64,000 nt of DNA from Ornithinibacter sp. (GTDB taxonomy: Bacteria; Actinomycetota; Actinomycetes; Actinomycetales; Dermatophilaceae), in NCBI GenBank assembly GCA_029266735.1, contig JAQSWG010000034.1:9694-73693 (forward strand), in the 5' to 3' direction. The notes under the pieces were generated by a model, which saw nothing but the letters and a program-made list of their open reading frames with translations, was not told the origin of the DNA and did no database searches. A program made the position numbers and the translations under genes. Shown here in pieces: positions 18,512 to 28,341 of this stretch. How positions within the stretch are numbered: the first letter of the stretch is position 1; every line of letters begins with the position of its first letter.

Positions 18512-19185
18512 CGGACGTGCTGCGGTTTCACGACGTCGCGTCCTTGTCCGACCTGGGCCGGTATGCCGTGCGCGCGCGCTCCGTGGACGGTGAGGGTGCG
18601 ATGCGGCTGCAGGCCGCCGGTGACGTGCTCGCCGCATGGGTCGGCGTGCTCCCCGGGTCGGGAATCCTCGCCGAGGGAACGGTGCTCGGCCTGCGCACCT
18701 TCGCCCTCGCCGAGGACGCCGAGATCGACGTCCTCGTCCCGCTCGGTGCAGTGGTCGACCGGACCGCCCACGCGACATCGACGGCCGACCTCCACGTGCC
18801 CCCGACGCGGGCACTTGCACCCTGGTCCGCCCTCACGCCGCCCCGGGGGCCGTGGGAGCCGGTCGGTGTGCTGCCCGGTGACCTGCTGGCAAGTGTGGCG
18901 CGAGACGGGGTCGCCGAGGTCGCCGCCGCGGTGCGCGAGCGGGGCGCCGCAGCCGGCTTCGCCCGGGACCGGGTGTGGTCACGCGACGTCCGCGAGGCCG
19001 CAGGCCCGCACCCGGACCTGCTGACGGCGGACGGCATCCCGACCGACGGCATCCCGGTTCGCACGGGAGGGGCGTTCGCGGCCTACGCCCTCGGCTTCCT
19101 GGCCCCCGGCAGCACCGTGCAGGTCCTGCGCTGCAACCGGTGGACGAGGTTGAGCGCCCCCGGCGGGCACGTCGTCCTGCGGTGA
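18508..19185 (+). CDS. Conserved actinobacterial hypothetical protein
   Basis: GTGA overlap with the thioesterase stop; GC3-biased frame; ends GGHVVLR; occupies the usual slot next to the thioesterase in this conserved block. Confidence 0.75.
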   Translation: MTDVLRFHDVASLSDLGRYAVRARSVDGEGAMRLQAAGDVLAAWVGVLPGSGILAEGTVLGLRTFALAEDAEIDVLVPLGAVVDRTAHATSTADLHVPPTRALAPWSALTPPRGPWEPVGVLPGDLLASVARDGVAEVAAAVRERGAAAGFARDRVWSRDVREAAGPHPDLLTADGIPTDGIPVRTGGAFAAYALGFLAPGSTVQVLRCNRWTRLSAPGGHVVLR

Positions 19186-19201
19186 ACGACAGGGCCTTCT
19201 C

Positions 19202-20014
19202 TCAGGACGGCGGATCGAGGGGATGTCCGCGCTCGGCCAGCACGTCACGCAGGACGTGGATGTGGTCGGTGACGATGCCGTCGACCCCCAGGTCCAGCAG
19301 CCGGTGCATCTCGGGGGCGTCCTCCTGCGACCAGGGGTGGAACCACACGTGCACCTGCTTTCCCAGGCCGTGGGCACGGCGCACGAGCCCCGGGGTCACG
19401 AGCGTGACCGTTCGGCCGCCGAGGCGGTGGAGCGCCGGGATCTGGAGCACCGGTGCAGGCGTGTGCAGCAGCCGGCTCACCAACGACGGCGTGAACCTCA
19501 GCAGGGCGGTGCCCACCTGCCCGGCCGCGGTGGCGACGCGAGGTCCGAGGGCGGCCCGGGCGGCGCGGAGCCGCCGCTCCGAGAACGACGCGACGCAGAC
19601 GCGCTCCGCCGCCCGGTGCCGCAGCACCTCACGGATCGTCGGCGCCACCGCCGCGTCGGACTTGATGTCGATGTTGACCCGGACGTCCGGGAACTCCTCG
19701 AACAGCTCGGCGAGGAGGGGGATGGGCTCCGCGCCGGCGATCCGAGCCTCACGGACGGCGTCGTAGGTGAGCGCCGCGATCGCCCCGCGGGTGTCCGACA
19801 CCCGGTCGAGCACGCTGTCGTGGAACGCGACGAGCCGGCCGTCGGAGGTGGCGTGCACGTCGGTCTCGACATAGCGGTAGCCCATGTCGATGGCCCGACG
19901 GAACGCCGCCAGGGTGTTCTCCAGTCCCTGGTTCGGCCCGTAGGCGGCACCGCCCCGGTGCGCCAGGGCGTGGGGGATCGGCGCGTCCAGGTAGGGGAAG
20001 TCGGCTGCGCGCAC
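19202..20014 (-). CDS. Glycerophosphodiester phosphodiesterase family protein
   Basis: AHRGG, ENTLAAF, ETDVHAT, HD, NIDIK, DGIVTD. Confidence 0.9.
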   Translation of the reverse strand: MRAADFPYLDAPIPHALAHRGGAAYGPNQGLENTLAAFRRAIDMGYRYVETDVHATSDGRLVAFHDSVLDRVSDTRGAIAALTYDAVREARIAGAEPIPLLAELFEEFPDVRVNIDIKSDAAVAPTIREVLRHRAAERVCVASFSERRLRAARAALGPRVATAAGQVGTALLRFTPSLVSRLLHTPAPVLQIPALHRLGGRTVTLVTPGLVRRAHGLGKQVHVWFHPWSQEDAPEMHRLLDLGVDGIVTDHIHVLRDVLAERGHPLDPPS

Positions 20015-20015
20015 G

Positions 20016-21824
20016 TCAGGTCACCGGGAGCCGGACCCACGCCGTGGTGTCCGACGGAAGGGTCCCGTCGTCGGCGAGGGGACCCGAGGAGATGACCACC
20101 TCGCCCACGGGCAGCCGAACCGGCTCGGCACCGAGGTTGGTGACCGCGACGAGGGTCAGCCCGCGGCCCTCCGGGGTGTTGCGCAGGGCGATGACGGTGT
20201 CCGAGGACAGCGCGTCCCAGGTGAGGCTGCCATGGCCGATCCGGTGCGTGCGCCGGTAGTGGAGCAGGGCTCGGTAGAGCTCGAGGGTGGATCCGTCGAC
20301 TCCCTCCTGCTGGTCGACGGCCAGGTCGGCGTACGCCTCGGGCTGGGGGAGCCAGGGCGAGCCTCCGGGGCCGAAGCCCAGGCTGGGTGCGTCCTTCACC
20401 CACGGCATGGGCACCCGGCATCCGTCGCGGCCGGTGACCTGACCCTTGGTCCGGTGGAAGGTGGGGTCCTGCCGGTACTCGTCCGGCATCGTCGTGTGCT
20501 CAGGAAGGCCCAGCTCCTCGCCCTGGTAGAGGTAGGCACCACCGGGCAGCGCGAGCATGAGCGCCGTGGCGGCTCGCGCCCGGCGCAGGCCGAGCACGGC
20601 ATCCGGCTGGGGATCGTCGGCTCGGATGCCGTTCGGGCGCGGCCTCGACTGGTCGAGGCCGAGGCGCGAGGCGTGGCGGATGACGTCGTGGTTGGACAGC
20701 ACCCACGTCGTCGGCGCACCCACGACGTCGTTGGACCGCAGGCTGGCCTCGATGACCGTCCGCAGCTGCCGGGCGTCCCAGTGCGCGTCGAGGAAGTCGA
20801 AGTTGAACGCCTGGTGCATCTCGTCCCCACGGACGTACCGGGCGACCCGTTGGACGGGTTTCACCCACGCCTCCGCGCAGAGGATGCGATCGGGCTCGCC
20901 GTAGGAGTCGAGCACCTTGCGCCACCCCCGGTAGATCTCGTGCACGCCGTCCTGGTCCCACATGGGCGCCTCGCCGGTCGCGCCGTGGGGGAGCACGTCG
21001 CTGTCGGGGGACCACAGGTCCTCGACGTCCCGGCCGACCCCGAGAGGCCCTTCCTCGTCGATCTCGTCGTAGAGCCCCACGGCTCCGTGCCAGTCGGGGA
21101 GACCGTCACGCTTGATGAGCCCGTGCGCGACGTCGACGCGGAAGCCGTCGACCCCGCGGTCGCACCAGAAGCGGAGGATGTCGTGGAACTCCTCACGCAC
21201 CTCCGGGTGATGCCAGTTGAGGTCGGGTTGCGAGACGTCGAAGATGTGGAGGTACCACTGGCCGGCGGTGCCGTCCTGCTCGGTGACCCGGGTCCACCCC
21301 GGGCCACCGAAGACGGAGGGCCAGTTGTTCGGCGGGTCCTCGCCGCCGGATCCCGTGCCGTCCCGGAAGATGTAGCGGTCCCGTTCGGGACTGCCCGGGC
21401 CCGCCGCCAGCGCCGCCCGGAACCACTCGTGCTCCGTGCTCGTGTGGTTCGGGACGAGGTCGACGAGCACCTTCAGGCCCAGGTCGTGGGCGGTGTCGAC
21501 GAGGCGGTCGGCGTCGTCCAGCGTGCCGAAGCACGGGTCGACGGTGCGGTAGTCGGTGACGTCGTATCCCGCGTCCCGCATCGGCGAGACGTAGAAGGGG
21601 CTGAGCCAGACCGCCTCGACGCCGAGGTCCCGCAGGTAGGGCAGCCGCGCGGTGATGCCGGGCAGGTCGCCGATCCCGTCGCCGTCCGAGTCCGCCCACG
21701 AGCGCGGGTAGATCTGGTAGATCACGGCATCGCGCCACCAGGGGGCGTCCGGGGAGTCAGCCCGGTGCACGATGGCGCCGGGTGCCGTCACGGTCTGGGG
21801 AGTGGCGTCGCTCACCGCGCCCAT
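20016..21824 (-). CDS. GH13 alpha-glucosidase
   Basis: YQIYPRSWADSDGDGIGDL, DLVPNHTS, GFRVDVAH, SNHD, YQGEELGL; alternative start GTG 21815. Confidence 0.92.
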   Translation of the reverse strand: MGAVSDATPQTVTAPGAIVHRADSPDAPWWRDAVIYQIYPRSWADSDGDGIGDLPGITARLPYLRDLGVEAVWLSPFYVSPMRDAGYDVTDYRTVDPCFGTLDDADRLVDTAHDLGLKVLVDLVPNHTSTEHEWFRAALAAGPGSPERDRYIFRDGTGSGGEDPPNNWPSVFGGPGWTRVTEQDGTAGQWYLHIFDVSQPDLNWHHPEVREEFHDILRFWCDRGVDGFRVDVAHGLIKRDGLPDWHGAVGLYDEIDEEGPLGVGRDVEDLWSPDSDVLPHGATGEAPMWDQDGVHEIYRGWRKVLDSYGEPDRILCAEAWVKPVQRVARYVRGDEMHQAFNFDFLDAHWDARQLRTVIEASLRSNDVVGAPTTWVLSNHDVIRHASRLGLDQSRPRPNGIRADDPQPDAVLGLRRARAATALMLALPGGAYLYQGEELGLPEHTTMPDEYRQDPTFHRTKGQVTGRDGCRVPMPWVKDAPSLGFGPGGSPWLPQPEAYADLAVDQQEGVDGSTLELYRALLHYRRTHRIGHGSLTWDALSSDTVIALRNTPEGRGLTLVAVTNLGAEPVRLPVGEVVISSGPLADDGTLPSDTTAWVRLPVT

Positions 21825-22054
21825 GTTTCCGTATGCCGTGCCCAGCCACGAAGTACGGTGCGCTCCGATGCCGTCATGATCCGGCTGCCGGCGTCGGGCG
21901 GCTGCACGTCGGGTCGAAGGGCCGGGCGACGAGGACGATCTCCGTCCCCGTGAGCGTCCGCGCCGACCGGCTCAGAAGGACGTCACCGCGCACGCCGCCA
22001 GGAGAGGCGTACGACACCTGGACGCAGATCGGGGACTCCGGGAAGACGACGTCC

Positions 22055-22462
22055 TCACTCAGCGGGGACCTGTGCAGGCGGCGGGGGTGGCCCGTGGCCG
22101 GTGTTGACCATCATGTGTGCTGCCCGCTGGAAGTAGTCGCGCATGAGCTCGGCCTTGTCCTCGGGCAGGTCGAGGCTCTCCATCGCGGCCAGCATGTGCC
22201 GTAGCCAACGGTCACGCATGTCGGCGGTCACCGGATAGGGGACGTGCCGCATGCGCAGCCGCGGGTGACCGCGCTCCCGGCTGTATGCCGGCGGTCCGCC
22301 GAAGTACTGCTCCAGGAACATGCGCAGGCGACGTTCGGCGGGCTCGAGGTCCTCGTCGGGATACAGGGCCCGCAGCTCGGGGTCGCTCGCGACTCCCTGG
22401 TAGAACGCGTGGACGAGCCGCTCGAACGTCGGCGCCCCACCGACCTCCTCGTAGATGCTCAC
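22055..22462 (-). CDS. glbO: Group II truncated haemoglobin
   Basis: YEEVGGAPTF, FLEQYFGGP, RGHPRLRMRH, RDRWLRHM. Confidence 0.9.
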   Translation of the reverse strand: MSIYEEVGGAPTFERLVHAFYQGVASDPELRALYPDEDLEPAERRLRMFLEQYFGGPPAYSRERGHPRLRMRHVPYPVTADMRDRWLRHMLAAMESLDLPEDKAELMRDYFQRAAHMMVNTGHGPPPPPAQVPAE

Positions 22463-23289
22463 GGGGGACCTCCCACGGGGCCGCTCAACGGACCGAGCTC
22501 GACCCCCAGGACGGTCGGTGGCTCGACGAGCCGTTCTTCCCACTCGGGGTCGGACCCCATCGCCTCCGTGACCTCGCGGATCACCGAGACGACCCGCTCC
22601 ACGTTCTCGGCGTAGGAGACGGGCATGTCGACGATGGCCGTGGAGTACCCCTGGGACCGGTTGCCGATGCGGATGATCTCACCGTTGCGGACGTACCAGG
22701 TGACCCCGTTCGCGTCGCGGAGTCGGGTGATCCGCAGGGTGACCTCCTCGACGGTCCCTATCGCCTCGCCGGTGTCGACGACGTCACCGACGCCGTACTG
22801 GTCCTCGAGGATCATGGAGATGCCCGCGAGGAAGTCCTTGACGAGGCTCTGGGCGCCGAAGCCGAGCGCGACCCCGGCCACGCCGGCGGACGCGAGGAGC
22901 GGTCCGAGGGGGATGCCGACGAGTGCCATGACGGTGAGCACGGTCAGGGTCACCACGACGAGGGTGACGATGCTGCGCAGCAACGACGCCATGGTCTCCA
23001 CGCGCTGCCGGTGCCGCTCGCTCGCGAGGCCGGCGGCGGATGCGAGGACCCGGCCGGCAGGGCTGGACTCGGCGAACCTCCGGGCGGACGTCGATGTCGT
23101 CGTCACCACCACCCGGTCGATGAGCCGGTGCGCCAGCCAGCGGACCAGGACGGCGAGGACGATGGTCACGAGGATCCGGGCGCCGTCGGTGACGAGCCAG
23201 TCCTGCACCTGCTCCAGCGTCACGGTGGCGGCCTCGAGGCCGCCACGCACGAGGGGTGCGGCGGCGGTCGGTGCCTCAGTCCCGGGCAT
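22459..23289 (-). CDS. MscS family mechanosensitive channel, apparently lacking most of the C-terminal segment
   Basis: GVALGFGAQSLVKDFLAG, EDQYGVGDVV, GTVEEVTLRITRLRD; ends shortly after PPTVLGVE. Confidence 0.85.
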   Translation of the reverse strand: MPGTEAPTAAAPLVRGGLEAATVTLEQVQDWLVTDGARILVTIVLAVLVRWLAHRLIDRVVVTTTSTSARRFAESSPAGRVLASAAGLASERHRQRVETMASLLRSIVTLVVVTLTVLTVMALVGIPLGPLLASAGVAGVALGFGAQSLVKDFLAGISMILEDQYGVGDVVDTGEAIGTVEEVTLRITRLRDANGVTWYVRNGEIIRIGNRSQGYSTAIVDMPVSYAENVERVVSVIREVTEAMGSDPEWEERLVEPPTVLGVELGPLSGPVGGPP

Positions 23290-25828
23290 CGCGTTCCTGG
23301 GCCGCCAGGGCTCGGGCGACCGGGTCCCGGTTCTCCAGGACGAGGCGGCGAAGGGCGGCGTGTGCCTGGGGGTGGGTGTCGAGCCAGCCCTGGGTGGCTG
23401 CGAGCAGCTCCGGCTCGGCCAGCGGCCTGGGGTAGAAACCGTGGACGAGGCTCTGGACGAGTGCGTGGGACCCCCGCCGCTCCACCGTGTCGAGCATGGC
23501 GTGGTAGCGACCGACGAAGGGCCGCAGCAGCTCGGCCGGCGTCCCCGGCCGGGTGAACCCGTGCGCCACGGCGTCGAGCACGGCGTTCGGCAGGCCGGAG
23601 CCCTCGACCGCGGCCGCCCACGCCTCCTCCTTCGCCTCGGCCGTCGGCTGCGCGGCGCGGGCGCGCGCCGCCCGCTCCCGGCCGGTCGCGGTGTCCTCGC
23701 GGGCGCGTTCGGCGTCGATCTCGTCAGGACCGGCCGCACCGGCGGCGACGAGGGCGGTGAGCAGCGTCCAGCGCATCTCGAAGTCGACGGTGAGGCCCTC
23801 GAGGACCTCGGTGCCGTCGAGCAGCCCTCGCGCGTATGCCGTGTCGTCACCCGCCGCGACGAGCGCAGCCGCAGCGCTGACGAGCTGCAGCTGGGCGTCA
23901 CCCCCCGGCTCGGCGGTGCGCGCCAGCTCCCAGAGCCGGTCCCGGCTCTGGGACCGGGCAGCCTCGCGGTGCTGGGGCGCGGTGTAGGACAGCACCGCCG
24001 TCTGGAGCTGGCCCAGCAGCGTCCGCAGCAGCGTCGAGTCCGACTCACCGGGCAGTGTGTCGAGGACGAGGGCCGCGAAGCGTCTGGCCCCCATCTCCGC
24101 GTCGCGGGTCATGTCCCATGCGGACGCGAGGAACAACGAGCGGGGGAGCGACGACGTGAAGCCACGTGGGTGCGCCAGCGCCGTTGCGAGCGACCGCTCG
24201 TCGAGGCGGATCTTGGCGTAGGCGAGGTCGTCGTCGTTGACGAGGAGCAGGTCGGGCTGCTCCTGACCGACGAGCTGCGGGATGTCGGTGCGTTCACCGT
24301 CGACGTCGAGCTCGAGGCGGTCCGTCCGGTGGAGGACGCCGTCTCGCGCGGCATACAGCCCGATCGCCAGCCGGTGGGGGCGCGCGGTCACGAGGCCCGG
24401 CGCCGAGAGCTGCTCGAGGACCGCGGAGGTGATGCGGCCACGGTCGTCGACGGCGAGCACGGGGCGGAGGGTGCTCACCCCAGCCGTCTCCAGCCACAGC
24501 TTCGACCAGGTCCGCAGGTCACGGCCTGACGTCGCCTCGAGCTCGGAGAGGAGGTCGTCGAGCGTCGTGTTGCCCCAGGCGTGCTTGGCGAAGTAGGCGC
24601 GAAGGCCGTCCCGGAAGGGCTCGCGGCCGACGTACGCGACGAGCTGCTTGAGGACCGAGGCGCCCTTGGCGTAGGTGATGCCGTCGAAGTTGACCTCGAC
24701 GTCCTCGAGGTCGTGGATCTCCGCGACGATGGGGTGGGTCGTGGACAGCTGGTCCTGGCGGTAGGCCCAGTCCTTCTCGTGCGTCCCGAAGGTGGTCCAG
24801 GCGTCGGTCCACTCGGTGGCCTCGGACTGACAGGTCGTCGATGCCCACTCGGCGAACGACTCGTTGAGCCACAGGTCGTTCCACCAGCGCATCGTCACGA
24901 GGTTGCCGAACCACATGTGCGCCAGCTCGTGGAGGACGGTCAGCGCTCGACGCTCCACGAGGGCCTCGGTCACCTTGGAGCGGAACACGTACATCTCGTT
25001 GACCGTCACGCAGCCCGCGTTCTCCATCGCGCCCATGTTGTACTCCGGCGTGAAGATCTGGTCGTACTTCTCGAAGGGGTACGCGCAGTCGAACTCCTCC
25101 TCGAAGAACGCGAACCCGCGCTTGGTGACGTCGAACAGGTGGTCGGCGTCGAGGTAGGGGGTGAGGGACCTTCGGCAGAAGATGCCGAGCGGCACCTCGC
25201 CGCGGCGACTCGGCACCACGTCGCGCACGACGTCGTAGGGGCCGGCGACGAGGGCCGTGATGTAGCTCGAGATCCGGGGGGTGGGAGCGAACCGCCACAC
25301 CGCCGTCTCCTCACCGGTCGGTTCGGGCTCCGGTGTGGGGGAGTTGGAGACGACCTGCCAGTGGCGGGGGGCGGTCACGGTGAACGTGAAGGGCGCCTTG
25401 AGGTCCGGCTGCTCGAACACCGGGTACATCCGCCGGCTGTCCGGGACCTCGAACTGGCTGTAGAGGTAGACCTCGTCGTCGACCGGGTCGACGAACCGGT
25501 GCAGACCCTCGCCGGTGTTGGTGTAGCGCCCGGTCGCGGTGACGACGACCTCGTTGTCGGCGGCCAGCCCGGTCAGGCGGATGCGGCTGTCGGCATAGTG
25601 GTCCCGGGGGTCGAGGTCCGAGCCGTTGACGCGGATGCCCTCGACCGTGCCGCCGACGAAGTCCAGGAACGTCTCGTCCTCCGGGTCCGAGCACCAGAAG
25701 TGGATCGTGCTCCGGGTCGCGAACGTCTCCGGTCCGGTCGTGACGTCGAGGTCGACGGCATGGGATTCGACCGTGACGAGCGCCGCGCGGGCGGCGGCCT
25801 CCTCACGGGTGAGGTTCGTGCCGGGCAC
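23276..25828 (-). CDS. pepN: Aminopeptidase N
   Basis: PGTNLTREEA, GAMENAG, HELAH...WLNESFAE, FDGITYAKG; RBS AAGGAG. Confidence 0.95.
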   Translation of the reverse strand: MPGTNLTREEAAARAALVTVESHAVDLDVTTGPETFATRSTIHFWCSDPEDETFLDFVGGTVEGIRVNGSDLDPRDHYADSRIRLTGLAADNEVVVTATGRYTNTGEGLHRFVDPVDDEVYLYSQFEVPDSRRMYPVFEQPDLKAPFTFTVTAPRHWQVVSNSPTPEPEPTGEETAVWRFAPTPRISSYITALVAGPYDVVRDVVPSRRGEVPLGIFCRRSLTPYLDADHLFDVTKRGFAFFEEEFDCAYPFEKYDQIFTPEYNMGAMENAGCVTVNEMYVFRSKVTEALVERRALTVLHELAHMWFGNLVTMRWWNDLWLNESFAEWASTTCQSEATEWTDAWTTFGTHEKDWAYRQDQLSTTHPIVAEIHDLEDVEVNFDGITYAKGASVLKQLVAYVGREPFRDGLRAYFAKHAWGNTTLDDLLSELEATSGRDLRTWSKLWLETAGVSTLRPVLAVDDRGRITSAVLEQLSAPGLVTARPHRLAIGLYAARDGVLHRTDRLELDVDGERTDIPQLVGQEQPDLLLVNDDDLAYAKIRLDERSLATALAHPRGFTSSLPRSLFLASAWDMTRDAEMGARRFAALVLDTLPGESDSTLLRTLLGQLQTAVLSYTAPQHREAARSQSRDRLWELARTAEPGGDAQLQLVSAAAALVAAGDDTAYARGLLDGTEVLEGLTVDFEMRWTLLTALVAAGAAGPDEIDAERAREDTATGRERAARARAAQPTAEAKEEAWAAAVEGSGLPNAVLDAVAHGFTRPGTPAELLRPFVGRYHAMLDTVERRGSHALVQSLVHGFYPRPLAEPELLAATQGWLDTHPQAHAALRRLVLENRDPVARALAAQERDARD

Positions 25829-25958
25829 GGGATCTCCTTGCGTGGCGTGCGGTACCTGAGGGCTCCGGTGAGGGGTCACCTCCCTGGGGCGGCGACCATC
25901 CTGTCACGGCTGGATCGGCGCGGTCGGCTCCCCGTCCACAGGTGGCAGGATGATCCGC

Positions 25959-26576
25959 ATGACGCATCGCGACGCCGCCGAGTTCTGGTTCGACCCCCTG
26001 TGCCCCTGGGCGTGGATGACGTCTCGCTGGATGCTCGAGGTGCAGAAGGTCCGTCCCGTCGACGTCACGTGGTCGGTGATGAGCCTCTCCATCCTCAACG
26101 AGGGCCGGAACGACTCGGAGGACCATCGCGAGCGCACCGAGAAGGGCCTGGGGCCGGTGCGTGTCGTCGTCGCCGCCCGCGAGGCGCTCGGCGACAAGGT
26201 CGTCAGGCCGCTCTACGACGCGTTGGGGGAGCGGATCCACCACCGGGGCGAGCAGGACCTCGACGAGGTCATCGTCGCCGCGCTCGACGAGGTCGGCCTT
26301 CCGGCGGAGCTCGCCGACGCCGCGCACCACGACGACCACGACGCGCGGCTGCGAGCCAGCCACCAGCGCGCGATCGACCTCGTCGGAGACGACGTCGGCA
26401 CCCCCGTCGTCGCGGTCAACGGGACGGCGTTCTTCGGGCCCGTCGTGAGCCCTGCCCCTCGGGGCGAGGCGGCCGGCCTGCTGTGGGACGGGTGCGTGCT
26501 CGTCGCCAGCACCCCCGGCTTCTTCGAGCTCAAGCGCAGCAGGACCGTCGGCCCCATCTTCGACGCGGCGGCCTGA
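25959..26576 (+). CDS. DsbA-like / mycoredoxin-2-like oxidoreductase
   Basis: FWFDPLCPWAWMTSRW, VGTP, FFGPV, FFELKRSR; divergent from pepN. Confidence 0.85.
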   Translation: MTHRDAAEFWFDPLCPWAWMTSRWMLEVQKVRPVDVTWSVMSLSILNEGRNDSEDHRERTEKGLGPVRVVVAAREALGDKVVRPLYDALGERIHHRGEQDLDEVIVAALDEVGLPAELADAAHHDDHDARLRASHQRAIDLVGDDVGTPVVAVNGTAFFGPVVSPAPRGEAAGLLWDGCVLVASTPGFFELKRSRTVGPIFDAAA

Positions 26577-26577
26577 G

Positions 26578-27045
26578 GTGCGGGTCCACCTCGGCGGCGA
26601 CCACGCGGCATACGACCTTCTCGTCGACCTCGTCACCTTCCTCCAGGGCGAGGGCCACGAGGTGACCAACCACGGTCCCCACACCTACGACGAGGTCGAC
26701 GACTACCCGGTGTACGTCCTGCGCGCCGCACAGGCGGTCGCGGCCGACCCGGGGTCGTTCGGCGTCGTGCTCGGCGGGTCGGGCAACGGGGAGCAGATGG
26801 CGGCCAACAAGGTCGCCGGCATCCGGGCGGCCCTGTGCTCGGACGACGAGCTGGCCCGTCTGGCGCGAGAGCACAACGACGCCCAGGTCATCTCCATCGG
26901 TGCCCGCATGACCTCCGTCGACGAGGCGCGCTCGATGCTGCGGGTGTTCCTGACGACGCCCTTCAGTGGCGACGAGCGCCATGCGCGAAGGATTGCCATG
27001 GTCAGCGCCTACGAAGCGGACGGATCCCTTCCTCCGCTGCCGTGA
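26578..27045 (+). CDS. rpiB: Ribose-5-phosphate isomerase B
   Basis: GGDHAA, DDYP, GGSGNGEQMAANKV, HNDAQV, RHARRI. Confidence 0.92.
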   Translation: MRVHLGGDHAAYDLLVDLVTFLQGEGHEVTNHGPHTYDEVDDYPVYVLRAAQAVAADPGSFGVVLGGSGNGEQMAANKVAGIRAALCSDDELARLAREHNDAQVISIGARMTSVDEARSMLRVFLTTPFSGDERHARRIAMVSAYEADGSLPPLP

Positions 27046-27217
27046 GGGCGCCAACGCCCGTCGCGACGTCGAGCCGCCCGCGACCCCGCCAAACCTGAGC
27101 CGTGACCTGCGCTGACGCGCCGGCGCCTGTAGCGGAGACGCCGTAGCAGCACTACTGTGAGCGCGACTCGGTCGACCAGTGCAAGGGGATGGGAATGGCG
27201 CGAGTGGACGCATCGCG

Positions 27218-28330
27218 ATGACTGCGCCGCCCGTCACCGGCAGCGACGGCGTCGCCGTCGCCGTGATCCGCCCTCGGTGGCTGCGGTCACGGGTCTCGGA
27301 CGTCAACGAGGACCGCGTCTACACCGCCGTCTGCCTGACCGCCGTCGTCGTGGCCGGGGCCGCCGCGATGGCGTGGCCCGACGACGTGCCGAGCGCCCTG
27401 CAGTTCCCCATCATCGTCGTGGCCGGGCTCCTCCTCGCGGGCCGCCGCCTCCTCGTCGTGTACGGGGTGGCCCTGGCGATCATCCTCGTCTGGGCGCCCG
27501 TCACCTCGGACCTGTCCGTGAGTCGCGCCTCTCTCGTCATCCTCTCGTTCGTCGCGGTGATGGCCGTCATGTACGTCGCCGCCGAGTCCCGGGCCCTCGT
27601 CGGCACACGCGGCTTCGGCGGTGACCGCATGTTCGCCGAGCTGCGGGACCGCATCTCCTCCGGTGGCCACCTCCCGGATCTGCCGGAGGGGTGGCGTTCG
27701 ACATCCGAGGTCCTCTCCGCACACGGCGACCGCTTCTCGGGTGACTTCGTCGTGGCCCACCTCAGCCCGTCGGGGAACCGCCTCGAGATCGTGCTCGTCG
27801 ACGTCAGTGGCAAGGGCACCCGTGCCGGCACCCGGGCCCTGCTCCTCTCCGGTGCGCTGGGGGGCCTGCTCGGCTCCATCCCCTCGGCCGACTTCCTCCG
27901 GGCCGCCAACGAGTACCTCATCCGGCAGGGGTGGGAGGAGGGCTTCGCCACGGCCGTGCACCTGGACCTCGACCTGCGGACCGGTGAGTACTCCATCGCC
28001 AATGCCGGCCACCCCTCACCCGCCTGCTACACCTCCGGGCGCGGGAGGTGGACGGTCCTCGACGGTGCGCGCGGGCCCCTCCTCGGCGTCGTGCCGGGGG
28101 TCTCCTTCGCTCGGCAGACCGGCCGGTTGGACCGCGGTGACGCGCTCCTCCTCTACTCCGACGGCATCATCGAGTCCCGCGGACGCGACCTCACCGACGG
28201 CATCGACCGCATGCTCGGCGTGGCCGCGATGTCCGTGCTCCGTGACGGCGACATCGCGCACGACGTGTGTGAGACGGCCCGCTCGGGAGAGGATGACGAC
28301 CGGGCGGCGTTCGCCGTCCTGCGTCTCTGA
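27218..28330 (+). CDS. Membrane PP2C/SpoIIE-type (RsbU-like) serine phosphatase
   Basis: N-terminal hydrophobic segments; GDF, VDVSGKG, NAGHP, YSDG, DD motifs. Confidence 0.85.
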   Translation: MTAPPVTGSDGVAVAVIRPRWLRSRVSDVNEDRVYTAVCLTAVVVAGAAAMAWPDDVPSALQFPIIVVAGLLLAGRRLLVVYGVALAIILVWAPVTSDLSVSRASLVILSFVAVMAVMYVAAESRALVGTRGFGGDRMFAELRDRISSGGHLPDLPEGWRSTSEVLSAHGDRFSGDFVVAHLSPSGNRLEIVLVDVSGKGTRAGTRALLLSGALGGLLGSIPSADFLRAANEYLIRQGWEEGFATAVHLDLDLRTGEYSIANAGHPSPACYTSGRGRWTVLDGARGPLLGVVPGVSFARQTGRLDRGDALLLYSDGIIESRGRDLTDGIDRMLGVAAMSVLRDGDIAHDVCETARSGEDDDRAAFAVLRL

Positions 28331-28341
28331 GAGGACCTGAG

